DNA of 64,000 nucleotides from Saprospiraceae bacterium. Lineage in GTDB: Bacteria > Bacteroidota > Bacteroidia > Chitinophagales > Saprospiraceae. The first letter of the stretch is position 1. Each line of letters starts with the position of its first letter. Positions 54,870 to 64,000 of this stretch are shown here, piece after piece. The notes beneath the pieces are model-generated. The model had not been told where the DNA came from. It saw only the letters and a list, made by a program, of their open reading frames with translations, and did not search any database. A program made the translations under genes and the position numbers. The stretch is taken from positions 8,263-72,262 of the forward strand of contig JAYWHK010000212.1 in the NCBI GenBank assembly GCA_043777755.1. The letters run 5' to 3'.

Positions 54870-56087
54870 ATGAATAATAGACTAATTTACTTAGACAATA
54901 ACGCTACGACACCTTGTGATCCACGTGTAGTGGAGGCGATGATACCTTATTTTTACGAAAAACATGGAAACTCAGCAAGCCGTAATCACCCATTTGGTTG
55001 GGTCGCTGAAGAAGCAGTGGACTATGCACGTGAGCAAATCGCAAAATTGATTGGAGCAGATGAAAAAGAAGTAATTTTCACTTCTGGTGCAACGGAATCT
55101 AACAACTTAGCATTAAAAGGCGTTTTTGAAATGTATGCCGCAAAAGGCAATCATATCATTACTGCAACGACAGAACATAAAGCAATTTTAGATACTTGCA
55201 AAAAACTTGAAAAAAGTGGTGGCGAGGTCACTTACTTAGAAGTTAATGACAAAGGTCGTATCAATTTGGAAGAATTGGAAGCTGCCATTACACCAAAAAC
55301 AATTTTGGTGTCTATCATGTGGGCAAACAACGAAACGGGTGTTATCCAAGACATGAAAGCGATTGGCGACATCTGCAAAAAACATGGTGTTTTATTTCAC
55401 TCTGATGCAACACAAGTAGTAGGGAAAATTCCTACGAATACTCGTGAGATAGGAATTCACTTAATGTCTTTCACTGGTCATAAAATGTATGGTCCTAAGG
55501 GTGTTGGCGTTTTGTATGTAAGCCGTAAGAATCCACGAGTTAAAGTTACTGCCCAAATAGATGGTGGTGGACATGAGCGTGGAATGCGTAGCGGTACTTT
55601 AAATGTTCCTGGTATTGTTGGAATGGGCAAAGCTGCGGAAATTGCAATGGCTGAAATGCACCAAGATGCTGCTCGTTTGAGCAAATTACGTGATAGACTT
55701 CAGTCTTCTTTGATGACTATGGAAGAAACGTATGTGAATGGTGACGAAGAAAATCGTATGCCACACGTTACGAATATTTCTTTCAAACACGTAGAAGGTG
55801 AAGGTTTAATGATGACTTTCAATCAAAATATCGCTGTTTCGTCAGGTTCTGCTTGTACATCGGCGAGTTTAGAGCCGTCTTATGTATTGGTTGCGCTTGG
55901 TTTGGGCGATGACTTGGCACATTCTTCGATTCGTTTTAGTTTAGGTCGTTTTACAACAGACGACGAAATTGATTTCGCTATTGAAGCATTGACAAAAGGC
56001 GTAAATCACATGAGAGATTTGTCGCCAATTTGGGAAATGTACAAAGATGGTGTCGATTTGAGCAAGGTTGAATGGGCGGAACATTAG
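54870..56087 (+). CDS. iscS: Cysteine desulfurase IscS/NifS
   Basis: [13 protein letters not shown] (PLP Lys) and SSGSACTS active-site loop. Confidence 0.93.
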   Translation: MNNRLIYLDNNATTPCDPRVVEAMIPYFYEKHGNSASRNHPFGWVAEEAVDYAREQIAKLIGADEKEVIFTSGATESNNLALKGVFEMYAAKGNHIITATTEHKAILDTCKKLEKSGGEVTYLEVNDKGRINLEELEAAITPKTILVSIMWANNETGVIQDMKAIGDICKKHGVLFHSDATQVVGKIPTNTREIGIHLMSFTGHKMYGPKGVGVLYVSRKNPRVKVTAQIDGGGHERGMRSGTLNVPGIVGMGKAAEIAMAEMHQDAARLSKLRDRLQSSLMTMEETYVNGDEENRMPHVTNISFKHVEGEGLMMTFNQNIAVSSGSACTSASLEPSYVLVALGLGDDLAHSSIRFSLGRFTTDDEIDFAIEALTKGVNHMRDLSPIWEMYKDGVDLSKVEWAEH

Positions 56088-56290
56088 TGATTTGATGATT
56101 GATTAATTATTAAGGAACTATTTATTATAACGTTTTGTTTTAAATAACATATAAATAATAAAGTGGCGTTTTTAATTTTTTGTAAAATACAGTTAATCAA
56201 TACTTTGTAACTTTTTTTTAATCAATTCGACCAACTTGTTATTTACACGTTATTTACTGATATATTTATTTAATTTAATATTTATAAAAA

Positions 56291-56539
56291 ATGAAAAAAA
56301 ATAAAGAAGAAAATTTTATGATTGGTTTTCTTGCTGGTATTTTTGTTGTTTTTACAATAGCTTTATTACATGAAGAATATGAGGAGCAAAATAAAAAAAG
56401 AGTAAAAAGATTAAGGAGATTAGCGGAAGAATCTGATAAAGGCTTTAGTAATGATAAAAAAATGCTAAGTAACGACTGGCAAAATATTCAAAATGATTTT
56501 AATAAAAGTTATGAACATTTAAAATCCCATTATGAGTAA
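56291..56539 (+). CDS. Small single-pass membrane protein (hypothetical)
   Basis: 82 aa. One N-terminal TM segment, then a charged helical tail. Overlaps the next ORF by 8 nt. Low-GC island. Confidence 0.5.
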   Translation: MKKNKEENFMIGFLAGIFVVFTIALLHEEYEEQNKKRVKRLRRLAEESDKGFSNDKKMLSNDWQNIQNDFNKSYEHLKSHYE

Positions 56540-56903
56540 AGAACTAAAAAAGCAGACCACAGAGATAAATAGAGGTAACGACAGAGTTACAGTGGAAAAG
56601 CATGAGTATTATTCTGGTAATATTCCCAAATCAGAGGAACTTGCAAAATATAATGAAATCAATCCAGGTTTTGCAGATAGGTTAATTTCATTAGTTGAGA
56701 AAGAACAGCAAGGGCGATTAAACCTTCAAAATGAAATCGTTAAAGTTGAGAAAGAGGTTATGCTTGCAAATATATCTTCTCAAAACAAAGGCTTGTACGT
56801 AGGCTTTGCATCAGTAATTGCAATCTTATCTTTCTGTTCATACTTAGCCTTTTTAGGTGATACGACTGCTGCCGGAGTAACGGCTGTGGGCCAATGTAAT
56901 TAG
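56532..56903 (+). CDS. DUF2335-like membrane protein, probably 3'-frameshifted
   Basis: YSGNIPKSEELAKYNEINPGFADRLISLVEKEQQGR matches the recalled DUF2335 signature. A second TM-like helix (VISLAGVFVIRKY...) continues in the +1 frame to 56976. Confidence 0.6.
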   Translation: MSKELKKQTTEINRGNDRVTVEKHEYYSGNIPKSEELAKYNEINPGFADRLISLVEKEQQGRLNLQNEIVKVEKEVMLANISSQNKGLYVGFASVIAILSFCSYLAFLGDTTAAGVTAVGQCN

Positions 56904-56981
56904 TTTAGCTGGTGTTTTTGTGATAAGAAAGTACAGTAAAAAAGAAGAAGTAAAAGAAATAGAAAAATTAAATTAATAAAA

Positions 56982-57374
56982 ATGGCATATTCAGAAAAAG
57001 TAATCGATCATTTCCACAATCCACGCAATGTTGGAACGTTGGATAAAGCAAAGAAAAATGTAGGTACAGGATTGGTTGGCGCACCTGAGTGCGGTGACGT
57101 AATGCGCCTACAAATCGAAGTAGATGAAGCAACAAATACCATCACAGACGCAAAGTTCAAAACTTTCGGTTGTGGTTCGGCGATTGCATCTTCTTCTTTG
57201 GCAACAGAATGGCTCAAAGGTAAATCAGTAGCAGAGGCTTTGACTTTTGACAATATGGACTTGGTAGAAGAGTTGGCATTGCCACCTGTAAAAATCCACT
57301 GTTCGGTATTGGCAGAAGATGCTATCAAAGCAGCTATCAAAGATTACCAAACAAAAATCGGAATCTTAAACTAA
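56982..57374 (+). CDS. iscU: Fe-S cluster assembly scaffold IscU
   Basis: GAPECGDVMRL, FKTFGCGSAIASSS and HCSVLAEDAIKAA motifs. Confidence 0.93.
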   Translation: MAYSEKVIDHFHNPRNVGTLDKAKKNVGTGLVGAPECGDVMRLQIEVDEATNTITDAKFKTFGCGSAIASSSLATEWLKGKSVAEALTFDNMDLVEELALPPVKIHCSVLAEDAIKAAIKDYQTKIGILN

Positions 57375-57384
57375 GAATTTGATG

Positions 57385-57489
57385 ATATACAATGGATATT
57401 GGATATTAGATATTAAAAATATTATAAACGCTTGGTATTCAATATTTTGCATTTATGCAAAATACCAAAACCACTTTCCAATGTGTATA
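57385..57489 (-). repeat. ~108-bp MITE-like repeat, inverted copy
   Basis: Reverse complement of the 31077-31184 copy with few mismatches. Abuts the iscU stop. Confidence 0.75.
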
Positions 57490-57567
57490 AAGTAATTTGA
57501 AAATTTGATGATGGTCTTCTATCATTGTCAAATTTTCAAATCATCAGATTTTCAAATTAAAAAAATC

Positions 57568-57894
57568 ATGTTATTCGTAGCAGAAAGTGCAAAAACTCAA
57601 ATTGACGCTATCAAGGACAAAGAACACTTGACTGAACAGCATTTTGTGCGTGTTTCTGTTGTGAGTGGAGGTTGTTCGGGCTTGTCGTATAAGATGGATT
57701 TTGACAACGAATCAAAACCCAATGACCAAGTTTTTGAAGACAATGGCGTAAAAGTTGTTACCGATTTAAAAAGTTTTCTTTACCTTTTTAATACTACTTT
57801 GGAGTTTTCTGGTGGATTAGAAGGCAAAGGATTTTATTTTAACAATCCAAATGCTGCTCGCTCGTGCGGCTGTGGAGAGAGTTTTGCGGTCTAA
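57568..57894 (+). CDS. iscA: IscA/HesB-family iron-sulfur cluster insertion protein
   Basis: VRVSVVSGGCSGLSY and the C-terminal CGCGESF motif. The ATG at 57568 is preferred over the listed upstream start, which runs through a hairpin. Confidence 0.88.
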   Translation: MLFVAESAKTQIDAIKDKEHLTEQHFVRVSVVSGGCSGLSYKMDFDNESKPNDQVFEDNGVKVVTDLKSFLYLFNTTLEFSGGLEGKGFYFNNPNAARSCGCGESFAV

Positions 57895-57911
57895 ATAATA
57901 CTAAAAATTTT

Positions 57912-58865
57912 ATGCAGAACGCTTTTGTTAGTATTGTCGGAGTCGTCAATGGTCGTCAAGAAGTGCAAATGTTAAGCACTTACTTAGACAATGTATTTGC
58001 TGTATTGGAAAAAAACTTTCGTGATGTAGAGATTATCTTAGTCAATAACTCTATGTACGAAGTGGAAATCAATGCTATCCTCCGAGAATTAGATGAAAAG
58101 CTGCGCAAAAATATTTTCCTACTTAATCTTTCCTCTATTGTCAATAAAAATCATGCAATCTTAGCTGGATTAGACCGTTCAAATGGCGATTACACCGCTA
58201 TTTTTGAGTTTGATTTTGCCAATGATGCGCATTTAATTTTTGACCTTTATCAAAAAGCACAAGAACAGTTTGACATTGTTTATCTCCGTGCAAAAGGACG
58301 TGAAGCGGGTTCACAAGGGCTTTGGTACGACCTTTTTTATTACATTCTCAACCGTTATTCAGACCTTCAAGTGGATAAACACGCTCATAATACCCGTATT
58401 ATTTCACGTCGTGCGCTGAACTCTTTGCTTCGTTTGCGTGAAAATCTACGTTATATGAAAGCGATTTATTCGATTGTTGGTTACAAAAATGCTTCGATTG
58501 ATGTCGAGCAACCTTTGATGAAAGACCCTGACGAGTCTTTTTCCGAGCGTTTCCGTACCTCTTTGATAGCGATTACCTCTTTTACAGATTTTTTACGAAC
58601 AGTATTGCTGTGGATTTTTATTTTTTCTATTGTATTTCTTTTTGGAATTATAGGAAATGCTTTGCTCGTAAAGTTTTTTCAACATGATATTTTTGGAAAA
58701 ACACAACAAGCGATTAGCGGCTGGACTTTTCTGGTGGTTATTAGTTCTGTTTTCTTCGCAATCACTTGTTTGAACCTCTATATTATGTCTATTTATCTTT
58801 CCAATATTTACAACGAGATAAAACAACGACCGCTTTATATCATTGAAAGTATAAAAAGGTTTTGA
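57912..58865 (+). CDS. GT2-family (GtrB/DPM1-like polyprenyl-phosphate) glycosyltransferase with two C-terminal TM helices
   Basis: VSIVGVVNG...EIILVNNS N-terminal fold and two C-terminal TM segments. Start taken at the ATG at 57912. Confidence 0.7.
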   Translation: MQNAFVSIVGVVNGRQEVQMLSTYLDNVFAVLEKNFRDVEIILVNNSMYEVEINAILRELDEKLRKNIFLLNLSSIVNKNHAILAGLDRSNGDYTAIFEFDFANDAHLIFDLYQKAQEQFDIVYLRAKGREAGSQGLWYDLFYYILNRYSDLQVDKHAHNTRIISRRALNSLLRLRENLRYMKAIYSIVGYKNASIDVEQPLMKDPDESFSERFRTSLIAITSFTDFLRTVLLWIFIFSIVFLFGIIGNALLVKFFQHDIFGKTQQAISGWTFLVVISSVFFAITCLNLYIMSIYLSNIYNEIKQRPLYIIESIKRF

Positions 58866-58892
58866 AAAGGATAAAACCATATTCACCTTAGT

Positions 58893-59000
58893 GTGTACAC
58901 GTTGGAAAGTGGTTTTAAGATTTTGTATTTATGTAAAATACTGAACACCAAGCGTTTGTAATATCTTTAATATCTAATAACCAATATCCGTTGTGTATAT
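58893..59000 (+). repeat. ~108-bp MITE-like repeat, direct copy
   Basis: gtgtacacgttggaaagtgg...ccaatatccgttgtgtatat. Ends 2 nt before the stop of the convergent ORF at 59003. Confidence 0.75.
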
Positions 59001-59002
59001 AA

Positions 59003-60436
59003 CTACCATTTTAAACGTACTAATTTTAGACGACTTCGGTATTCACTCGGAACAACTACTTCGTCAGAAGACAATTGAAGCCCATCTCGAAACCGAAGGA
59101 GTATTTCTTGGTTGCTCGTATTGAACATACTGTGCCTATCAACGGTTCCATTACCTTTCATAATATATTCGCTGGTCGTTGTTTCCGTACGAATATCGTC
59201 ATTGAACAAGAATCGGATTTGATTTGGTGTTTTCATTACACCATAAGAGGAAAATACAGCTTCGTCGTCTTGTGAAAATTGTTTTTTAGGCATCACTTTA
59301 AGCCATTGAACAGAAGCATCAGGATTGTAAGAAATCGCCAAAACATCTTCAAAATAGTAATCAATCACGAATCGCCCTGCCACATCTGGCGAAATATTCC
59401 TTGAATTGATATTGGCGATTGTACTTCGAGAAAACTCTCTTGTTTCTTCAATCATCGCAATTACTCCACCATCTTTTCTCAGGATTAATTCCTGTACTTT
59501 TAAATCGCCAATGCCTTTACTGGCAATTACTTTTTTACCTGTTATGGCTGTAGCAATATCATCAGTGAAAGGCTCGAATGAAAATTTAGGAGGATTTTGT
59601 CCTTTTATCTTTAATAAAAAAGTACCTGTCGGTTTTGATTTATTTAAGTCAGAATACAAACCAACGGCACATAGATTTTTATTAATATTGTCGTACTCAA
59701 AACGAGTATGATAAGTACTATACTCTTTCAAAGAAGCCTTGTTTTTTTCATTGCTATGTTCATTTAAGGTAAAAATAACGAACTCGTGCGCACCTGACTC
59801 AAATAAAGCTGCGGTTTCATTTTTTTCAAAAATAAAATGCGCCATTCCTGTATCGTCCAAAATCACTTGTAAAAATTCGTCGTTTAACTTTACTTCTGGG
59901 AGTAAAGTTGTTTTTTCCCAAAGGACTTTCATATTTTCGACATCGAAAGCAATACATTCGAGTTTATCACCATTCTCAAAAGAATAAATCAACGCCATTT
60001 TTTTATTTTCAGAAAAAATACTGGTCATGTTTGGCGACATGAAGTGATTTCCATAGTTTTTGATGGTTAGCGAATCAATGAATTTTGCATTGCCATCAAA
60101 GCGATGAACTTTCACAACAGCATCGCCTTTTACTTTAGTCTTATAAATGACTGCAAAATAATCTTTCCCTTGTATGGCATCTAAAACACTTACTTTTTTT
60201 TCAGAAAAAACAAGTTTTCGAGTCCATATTAGGCGCATTTGTTCATCAAAAGCATTGATTTCGTACTCATCGGTTTTATCTCGAAAAAGTAAAATATTGC
60301 CTTTGTGTCGTCCTACAATTTCGTACCCATTGTCGTTGCGAACATTAACACCTTCCGAAATTGTAACGTTTTGCGCTTGATTTTTTTCACTGTAAAAAAA
60401 TATAGCGAATAGGAAAAAGAAAAATGATGGTTTCAT
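59003..60436 (-). CDS. Secreted hypothetical protein
   Basis: 477 aa. Signal peptide ending ...EKNQAQ, beta-rich composition, no motif I recognise. Confidence 0.7.
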   Translation of the reverse strand: MKPSFFFFLFAIFFYSEKNQAQNVTISEGVNVRNDNGYEIVGRHKGNILLFRDKTDEYEINAFDEQMRLIWTRKLVFSEKKVSVLDAIQGKDYFAVIYKTKVKGDAVVKVHRFDGNAKFIDSLTIKNYGNHFMSPNMTSIFSENKKMALIYSFENGDKLECIAFDVENMKVLWEKTTLLPEVKLNDEFLQVILDDTGMAHFIFEKNETAALFESGAHEFVIFTLNEHSNEKNKASLKEYSTYHTRFEYDNINKNLCAVGLYSDLNKSKPTGTFLLKIKGQNPPKFSFEPFTDDIATAITGKKVIASKGIGDLKVQELILRKDGGVIAMIEETREFSRSTIANINSRNISPDVAGRFVIDYYFEDVLAISYNPDASVQWLKVMPKKQFSQDDEAVFSSYGVMKTPNQIRFLFNDDIRTETTTSEYIMKGNGTVDRHSMFNTSNQEILLRFRDGLQLSSDEVVVPSEYRSRLKLVRLKW

Positions 60437-60585
60437 AAGCTAAGGATTTTTAGTAAAGGTACACAAATTTAGAAAAAAAGTGGAATATTTCACTCTACGT
60501 AACAAAAATTTTTATGTAGTAAGAAATTCTACCTTTAGTTTTTCCTTTTTATTCTATTGTTTTTACAAAAATAAAAAAAACGCTG

Positions 60586-60593
60586 TACCTTTG
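60586..60593 (+). promoter_or_regulatory. TAnnTTTG box (TAccTTTG)
   Basis: Lies 31 nt upstream of the ATG at 60624. Confidence 0.4.
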
Positions 60594-60623
60594 TAACGGA
60601 GCTGAACAATAGCGTACAAAAAA

Positions 60624-61625
60624 ATGAAGCATAAAGAAGTCATACAGCAACTCAAAAAGAAGGAATTTCGTCCTGTGTATTTTTTACATGGCGACGAAAG
60701 TTATTATATAGATGCCTTGGTAGAATATTTTGAGGAAAAAATAATGAGTGAAAGCGAAAAGGCTTTCAACTACACGGTTTTATACGGAAAAGATATTGCT
60801 TTTAACGATGTTGTAGATTCTGCACGTCGCTATCCTATGATGTCAGCTTTTCAATTGGTGATTGTAAAGGAAGCGCAAGAAATGAAAACCTTGGCTGAAC
60901 TTATCAATTATATTGAGAAACCACAACCAACAACGATTTTGGTTTTGGCGCATAAGCATAAAAAATTAGATGCCCGCACGAAGTTTGCAAAGGCAATTAT
61001 GCAACACGCTTATGTTTTTGAAAGTTCAAAAATATACGATAATCAATTGCCAGAATGGATTGTCACGCATTTGAAAGACTTGCATTTGAGTATAAAACCA
61101 GAAGTGGCGGATTTGTTGGCGGAATACTTGGGAAACGATTTGGGGAAAATCGCCAATGAGTTAGAAAAATTATCGCTGAATCTTCCACAGGGAACTTTCG
61201 TAACCGCAGAACACATTGAAAAATATGTTGGTATCAGTAAAGAATACAATATTTTTGAATTGACAAAAGCACTGAGTACACGAGATATTTCAAAAAGCAA
61301 TAAAATTGTTTATTTTTTAAATAACAATCCTAAAAAAAACCCACTTGTTGTGACACTCGGGACGCTCTATGGTTTTTTCAGTAAAGTCTATGCTTATCAT
61401 TTTTTACAGCAAAAAAATGACAAAGAAGCGGCGGCAGCCTTGGGTTTGCGCTCAGATTGGGCTTTGAAAGAATACAAATTAGCTGTCAAACATTATTCTT
61501 ATCCCAAAACGGAACAAATTATTCACTTTTTGCATGAGTATGATTTGCGCTCAAAAGGACTAAACAGTGCCAATACAGACGACAATGAATTGTTGAAAGA
61601 ATTAGTTTTCAAGATTTTACATTAA
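60624..61625 (+). CDS. holA: DNA polymerase III subunit delta
   Basis: 333 aa. PVYFLHGDESYYID N-terminus and delta-subunit length and helical C-terminus. Confidence 0.85.
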   Translation: MKHKEVIQQLKKKEFRPVYFLHGDESYYIDALVEYFEEKIMSESEKAFNYTVLYGKDIAFNDVVDSARRYPMMSAFQLVIVKEAQEMKTLAELINYIEKPQPTTILVLAHKHKKLDARTKFAKAIMQHAYVFESSKIYDNQLPEWIVTHLKDLHLSIKPEVADLLAEYLGNDLGKIANELEKLSLNLPQGTFVTAEHIEKYVGISKEYNIFELTKALSTRDISKSNKIVYFLNNNPKKNPLVVTLGTLYGFFSKVYAYHFLQQKNDKEAAAALGLRSDWALKEYKLAVKHYSYPKTEQIIHFLHEYDLRSKGLNSANTDDNELLKELVFKILH

Positions 61626-61663
61626 AAAAAGCCAACAAGAAAAAATCTTGTTGGCTTTTTTTA
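61624..61663. terminator. Bidirectional rho-independent terminator
   Basis: agccaacaaga-aaaaa-tcttgttggct stem with flanking A- and T-runs, between convergent genes. Confidence 0.75.
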
Positions 61664-61677
61664 CTTTTTTTTCAAAA

Positions 61678-63678
61678 TCACTTCTGAACAGTAACTTTTT
61701 TCACTGCTAATTTGTCGCCCATTTTTACATGGATGGTATAAATACCATTTGCCAAATCGCCTGCTACAAAAGGTAAAATATTTTCACCAACCAACTTACC
61801 GTAAGCACGAGCCGCTACTTGCTGACCCAATGTATTGAATACACTAACACTTACTTCTACAGCTTCGTTTGTTGTTACTTCGATACTTGTTTCATCAGCC
61901 ATTGGATTTGGATAGATAGCTACAGCTTCGTTGTTGAAAAGGTCTTGTGTACCAACGTTTTGCTTTTTGCTATCAACGAAAATATCATCAATAAACATAT
62001 TATTACCATAATCTGAATGGCAAACAAAAGCAATCATAACATCATTTTTACCATCATATTGTGAAACACTTATAGAGTCAGTTGCCCATTGAGTTGCCGT
62101 TGGATAAAAAGCTGCTGCTGCTTTAGGTGTAGTTGTCTTTAATTCATCTCCACTTTTCAACCAAACAGATTCGTAGTTTTCTCCGCAATCCGTAGAAATT
62201 AATACTTCTAATGAATCCTGTGTTGCAGGAGTTGTGGCATCTTCATATTGAGCGAAAGCCCAAGAGAATTTCAATTGTGCTTTTTTAGCATTTTTTAAGT
62301 TAATTTTGTGAAAGACTAAATTTCCAATACTTTTAGGATTAGCCATTGTTCCCCAAATGTCAAAGCGAAATGACTTATTTGATTTTGCATAAGCACCTAA
62401 TTTCGCACTTGCAGCAGTACTAATTGATTTATCTACTATGGTACAAGTAGGGAAATTGTCAATAAAAGTAGCATTTTCTGGTTGTGCGCCAGACAATGGT
62501 TTTTCAAAACCTTCATTAACATTCGTTCCAACTGCAACAGATGGTAATACTTTAAAAAACTGCTCGTCATAATTGTCAAAAGTATTGTAATCAATACCAC
62601 CTTTATTGATATTTTTAACTTCTACTTTTACAGCAGTAGCACCATAAGGAAGTACAAATTTTCCAAAATCTACATTTTCAGACTTGGTAGGTGCAATTGA
62701 CTTTGATACTTTTTTAGTTGCGAAAGTAATTCCATTGTAACTGATTACAGCCTCTAATGAGTCTATTGCAACAGCACTATTATTTGTTATAGTTCCCGAT
62801 GCAATAAATTCATTTTTATCACAAAGTTTTTCTGGACCCGTAGAAGTCAAAGTTAATGCAGCATCAAAAGAATTGATAGGATAGCTGATACTTGAATTCA
62901 TAACAGCTTTTGTTGCATCGTCTTGTAAAAAAGAAACTACGGCAATTTGCTTTTTATCATAAATATAAGTTGGTAATTTTGCCTTAAATGTATAAGTACG
63001 AGAACCTTTTGCTGCAACAGAATCTACGGCTGTACCCAAAGCATTTGGATATGACTTACGTACAATTCCAAAGAATTCTTTTTCGCCATTCGTACCAGGA
63101 GCTTTTGCAAAATTAATCGTTTGTTCAAGCAATGCTACTTGCAATCTTAATGTAGTAGAACCAATTTTGCTTGCACTTGAATTGTTCACTTTTACAGTAA
63201 TAAAAATAGAATCTTTTGCAGCGTTTAATGTATGGCTTGTTTCAACACTAGCTGTTGCTACTTGGCTTGTTGCATAATCCAAAACGTTTTGGTTGTAACC
63301 GTAAGGACCGCCAGCGTAACCGCCTTGGGCTACTTGCCATCCGCCTTTGCCATCTGCATAGCTATCGTCAGGAACAACACCATCAATAACTGCTTCAGGA
63401 ACACCCTTTACAGCATAATAACCTGTACGAGTTGTTATTTCCGCTTTATTTTGTGCGTTCATTGGGTCTGCGCCAGGAAAGCTTGTTTGCCACTTAATAG
63501 TAACAACATTTTTAACGTTCTTTGTCAAAAGTGCGTGAAAAGCAGGATTTTGAGCTGCACATGGAGGACATGAAGCATTCGTAAATTCTTCAATCAACAC
63601 TGTTCTTTTAGGTGATGATTGTGCAAAAAGCATCGTAGTTCCTACGAGTGCAATTAGAAATAGTAAATTTTTTTTCAT
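61678..63678 (-). CDS. Omp28-like/thioredoxin-like N-terminal domain surface protein with T9SS C-terminal sorting domain
   Basis: VLIEEFTNASCPPCA near the N-terminus. The C-terminal block of about 80 aa (IYPNPMADETSIEV...GIYTIHVKMGDKLAVKKVTVQK) is typical of a T9SS type A CTD. Confidence 0.82.
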   Translation of the reverse strand: MKKNLLFLIALVGTTMLFAQSSPKRTVLIEEFTNASCPPCAAQNPAFHALLTKNVKNVVTIKWQTSFPGADPMNAQNKAEITTRTGYYAVKGVPEAVIDGVVPDDSYADGKGGWQVAQGGYAGGPYGYNQNVLDYATSQVATASVETSHTLNAAKDSIFITVKVNNSSASKIGSTTLRLQVALLEQTINFAKAPGTNGEKEFFGIVRKSYPNALGTAVDSVAAKGSRTYTFKAKLPTYIYDKKQIAVVSFLQDDATKAVMNSSISYPINSFDAALTLTSTGPEKLCDKNEFIASGTITNNSAVAIDSLEAVISYNGITFATKKVSKSIAPTKSENVDFGKFVLPYGATAVKVEVKNINKGGIDYNTFDNYDEQFFKVLPSVAVGTNVNEGFEKPLSGAQPENATFIDNFPTCTIVDKSISTAASAKLGAYAKSNKSFRFDIWGTMANPKSIGNLVFHKINLKNAKKAQLKFSWAFAQYEDATTPATQDSLEVLISTDCGENYESVWLKSGDELKTTTPKAAAAFYPTATQWATDSISVSQYDGKNDVMIAFVCHSDYGNNMFIDDIFVDSKKQNVGTQDLFNNEAVAIYPNPMADETSIEVTTNEAVEVSVSVFNTLGQQVAARAYGKLVGENILPFVAGDLANGIYTIHVKMGDKLAVKKVTVQK

Positions 63679-63765
63679 TTTAAAATAAATTTAAATTTTG
63701 TAGATTTATTAATATGCACAAAAATAATATTTATTATCTATATTTAAAGAAATTTTAGATAAACT

Positions 63766-63807
63766 AATAAAAAAAGCCATAACAGATGTTCTGTTATGGC
63801 TTTTTTT
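63766..63807. terminator. Rho-independent terminator
   Basis: gccataacag-atgtt-ctgttatggc perfect stem flanked by A- and T-runs. Confidence 0.7.
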
Positions 63808-63814
63808 ATTAGTT

Positions 63815-64000
63815 TTATTTTCGCTCCATTATCCTACCACTACATCCATTTCTTGCACTAAATTTTTTAACAATTGTACCTTGACCTTTATATTCTACAG
63901 TTGTAATACTTTCGTTGCCTGTCGAAGTCCAACAATTTCCTATTGATAAAGAGATTTTGATATAGTAGTCAGGCTCTGCAATATTTGAACAGCCAGCCTT
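63815..64000 (-). CDS. 3' end of an unidentified minus-strand gene running off the window
   Basis: The minus-strand frame is open from 64000 to a TAA at 63815-63817 (...EYKGQGTIVKKFSARNGCSGRIMERK*), followed by the terminator. It is absent from the ORF track because no start lies in the window. Confidence 0.4.
   Translation of the reverse strand, partial: KAGCSNIAEPDYYIKISLSIGNCWTSTGNESITTVEYKGQGTIVKKFSARNGCSGRIMERK

Overview
This is a 64-kb chromosomal segment from an AT-rich member of the Bacteroidota. The phylum call rests on a SusC/SusD pair, a T9SS C-terminal sorting domain, GWxTD, DUF4292 and DUF1573 proteins, and TAnnTTTG promoter boxes. It feels Cytophagia-like, but that cannot be proven here.

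There are about 48 protein genes. Most are housekeeping: sucA, folE plus a PTPS-type pterin synthase, nadC, sodA, rpiB, bcp, meaB, PBP1A, iscS-iscU-iscA, holA and paaA. Others are envelope or transport functions: MFS, MMPL/RND, EamA and AI-2E transporters, a Kir-type K+ channel, an OmpA-family protein, GT2/GT9/GT-C glycosyltransferases and a large repeat-domain surface protein. I saw no rRNA, tRNA or CRISPR array.

Unusual content:
- A Rpn-type PD-(D/E)XK nuclease gene bracketed by two inverted GC-enriched repeat modules.
- A decayed type II restriction-modification pair: the endonuclease is frameshifted in an A-run and the methyltransferase has an in-frame TAG where Trp is expected.
- A low-GC two-gene cassette (small membrane protein plus a DUF2335-like protein) wedged between iscS and iscU.
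- Tandem GT-C paralogs, one of them frameshifted.
- A roughly 108-bp MITE-like repeat present four times.
- A collection of heptamer or word-like nested palindromes. One of these pairs encloses promoter-like boxes that face away from the neighbouring gene, making it a candidate invertible switch.

I did not find a convincing, complete multi-gene novel system. The items above are the best leads. All family assignments come from motif recall and reading the sequence by eye, not from database searches.
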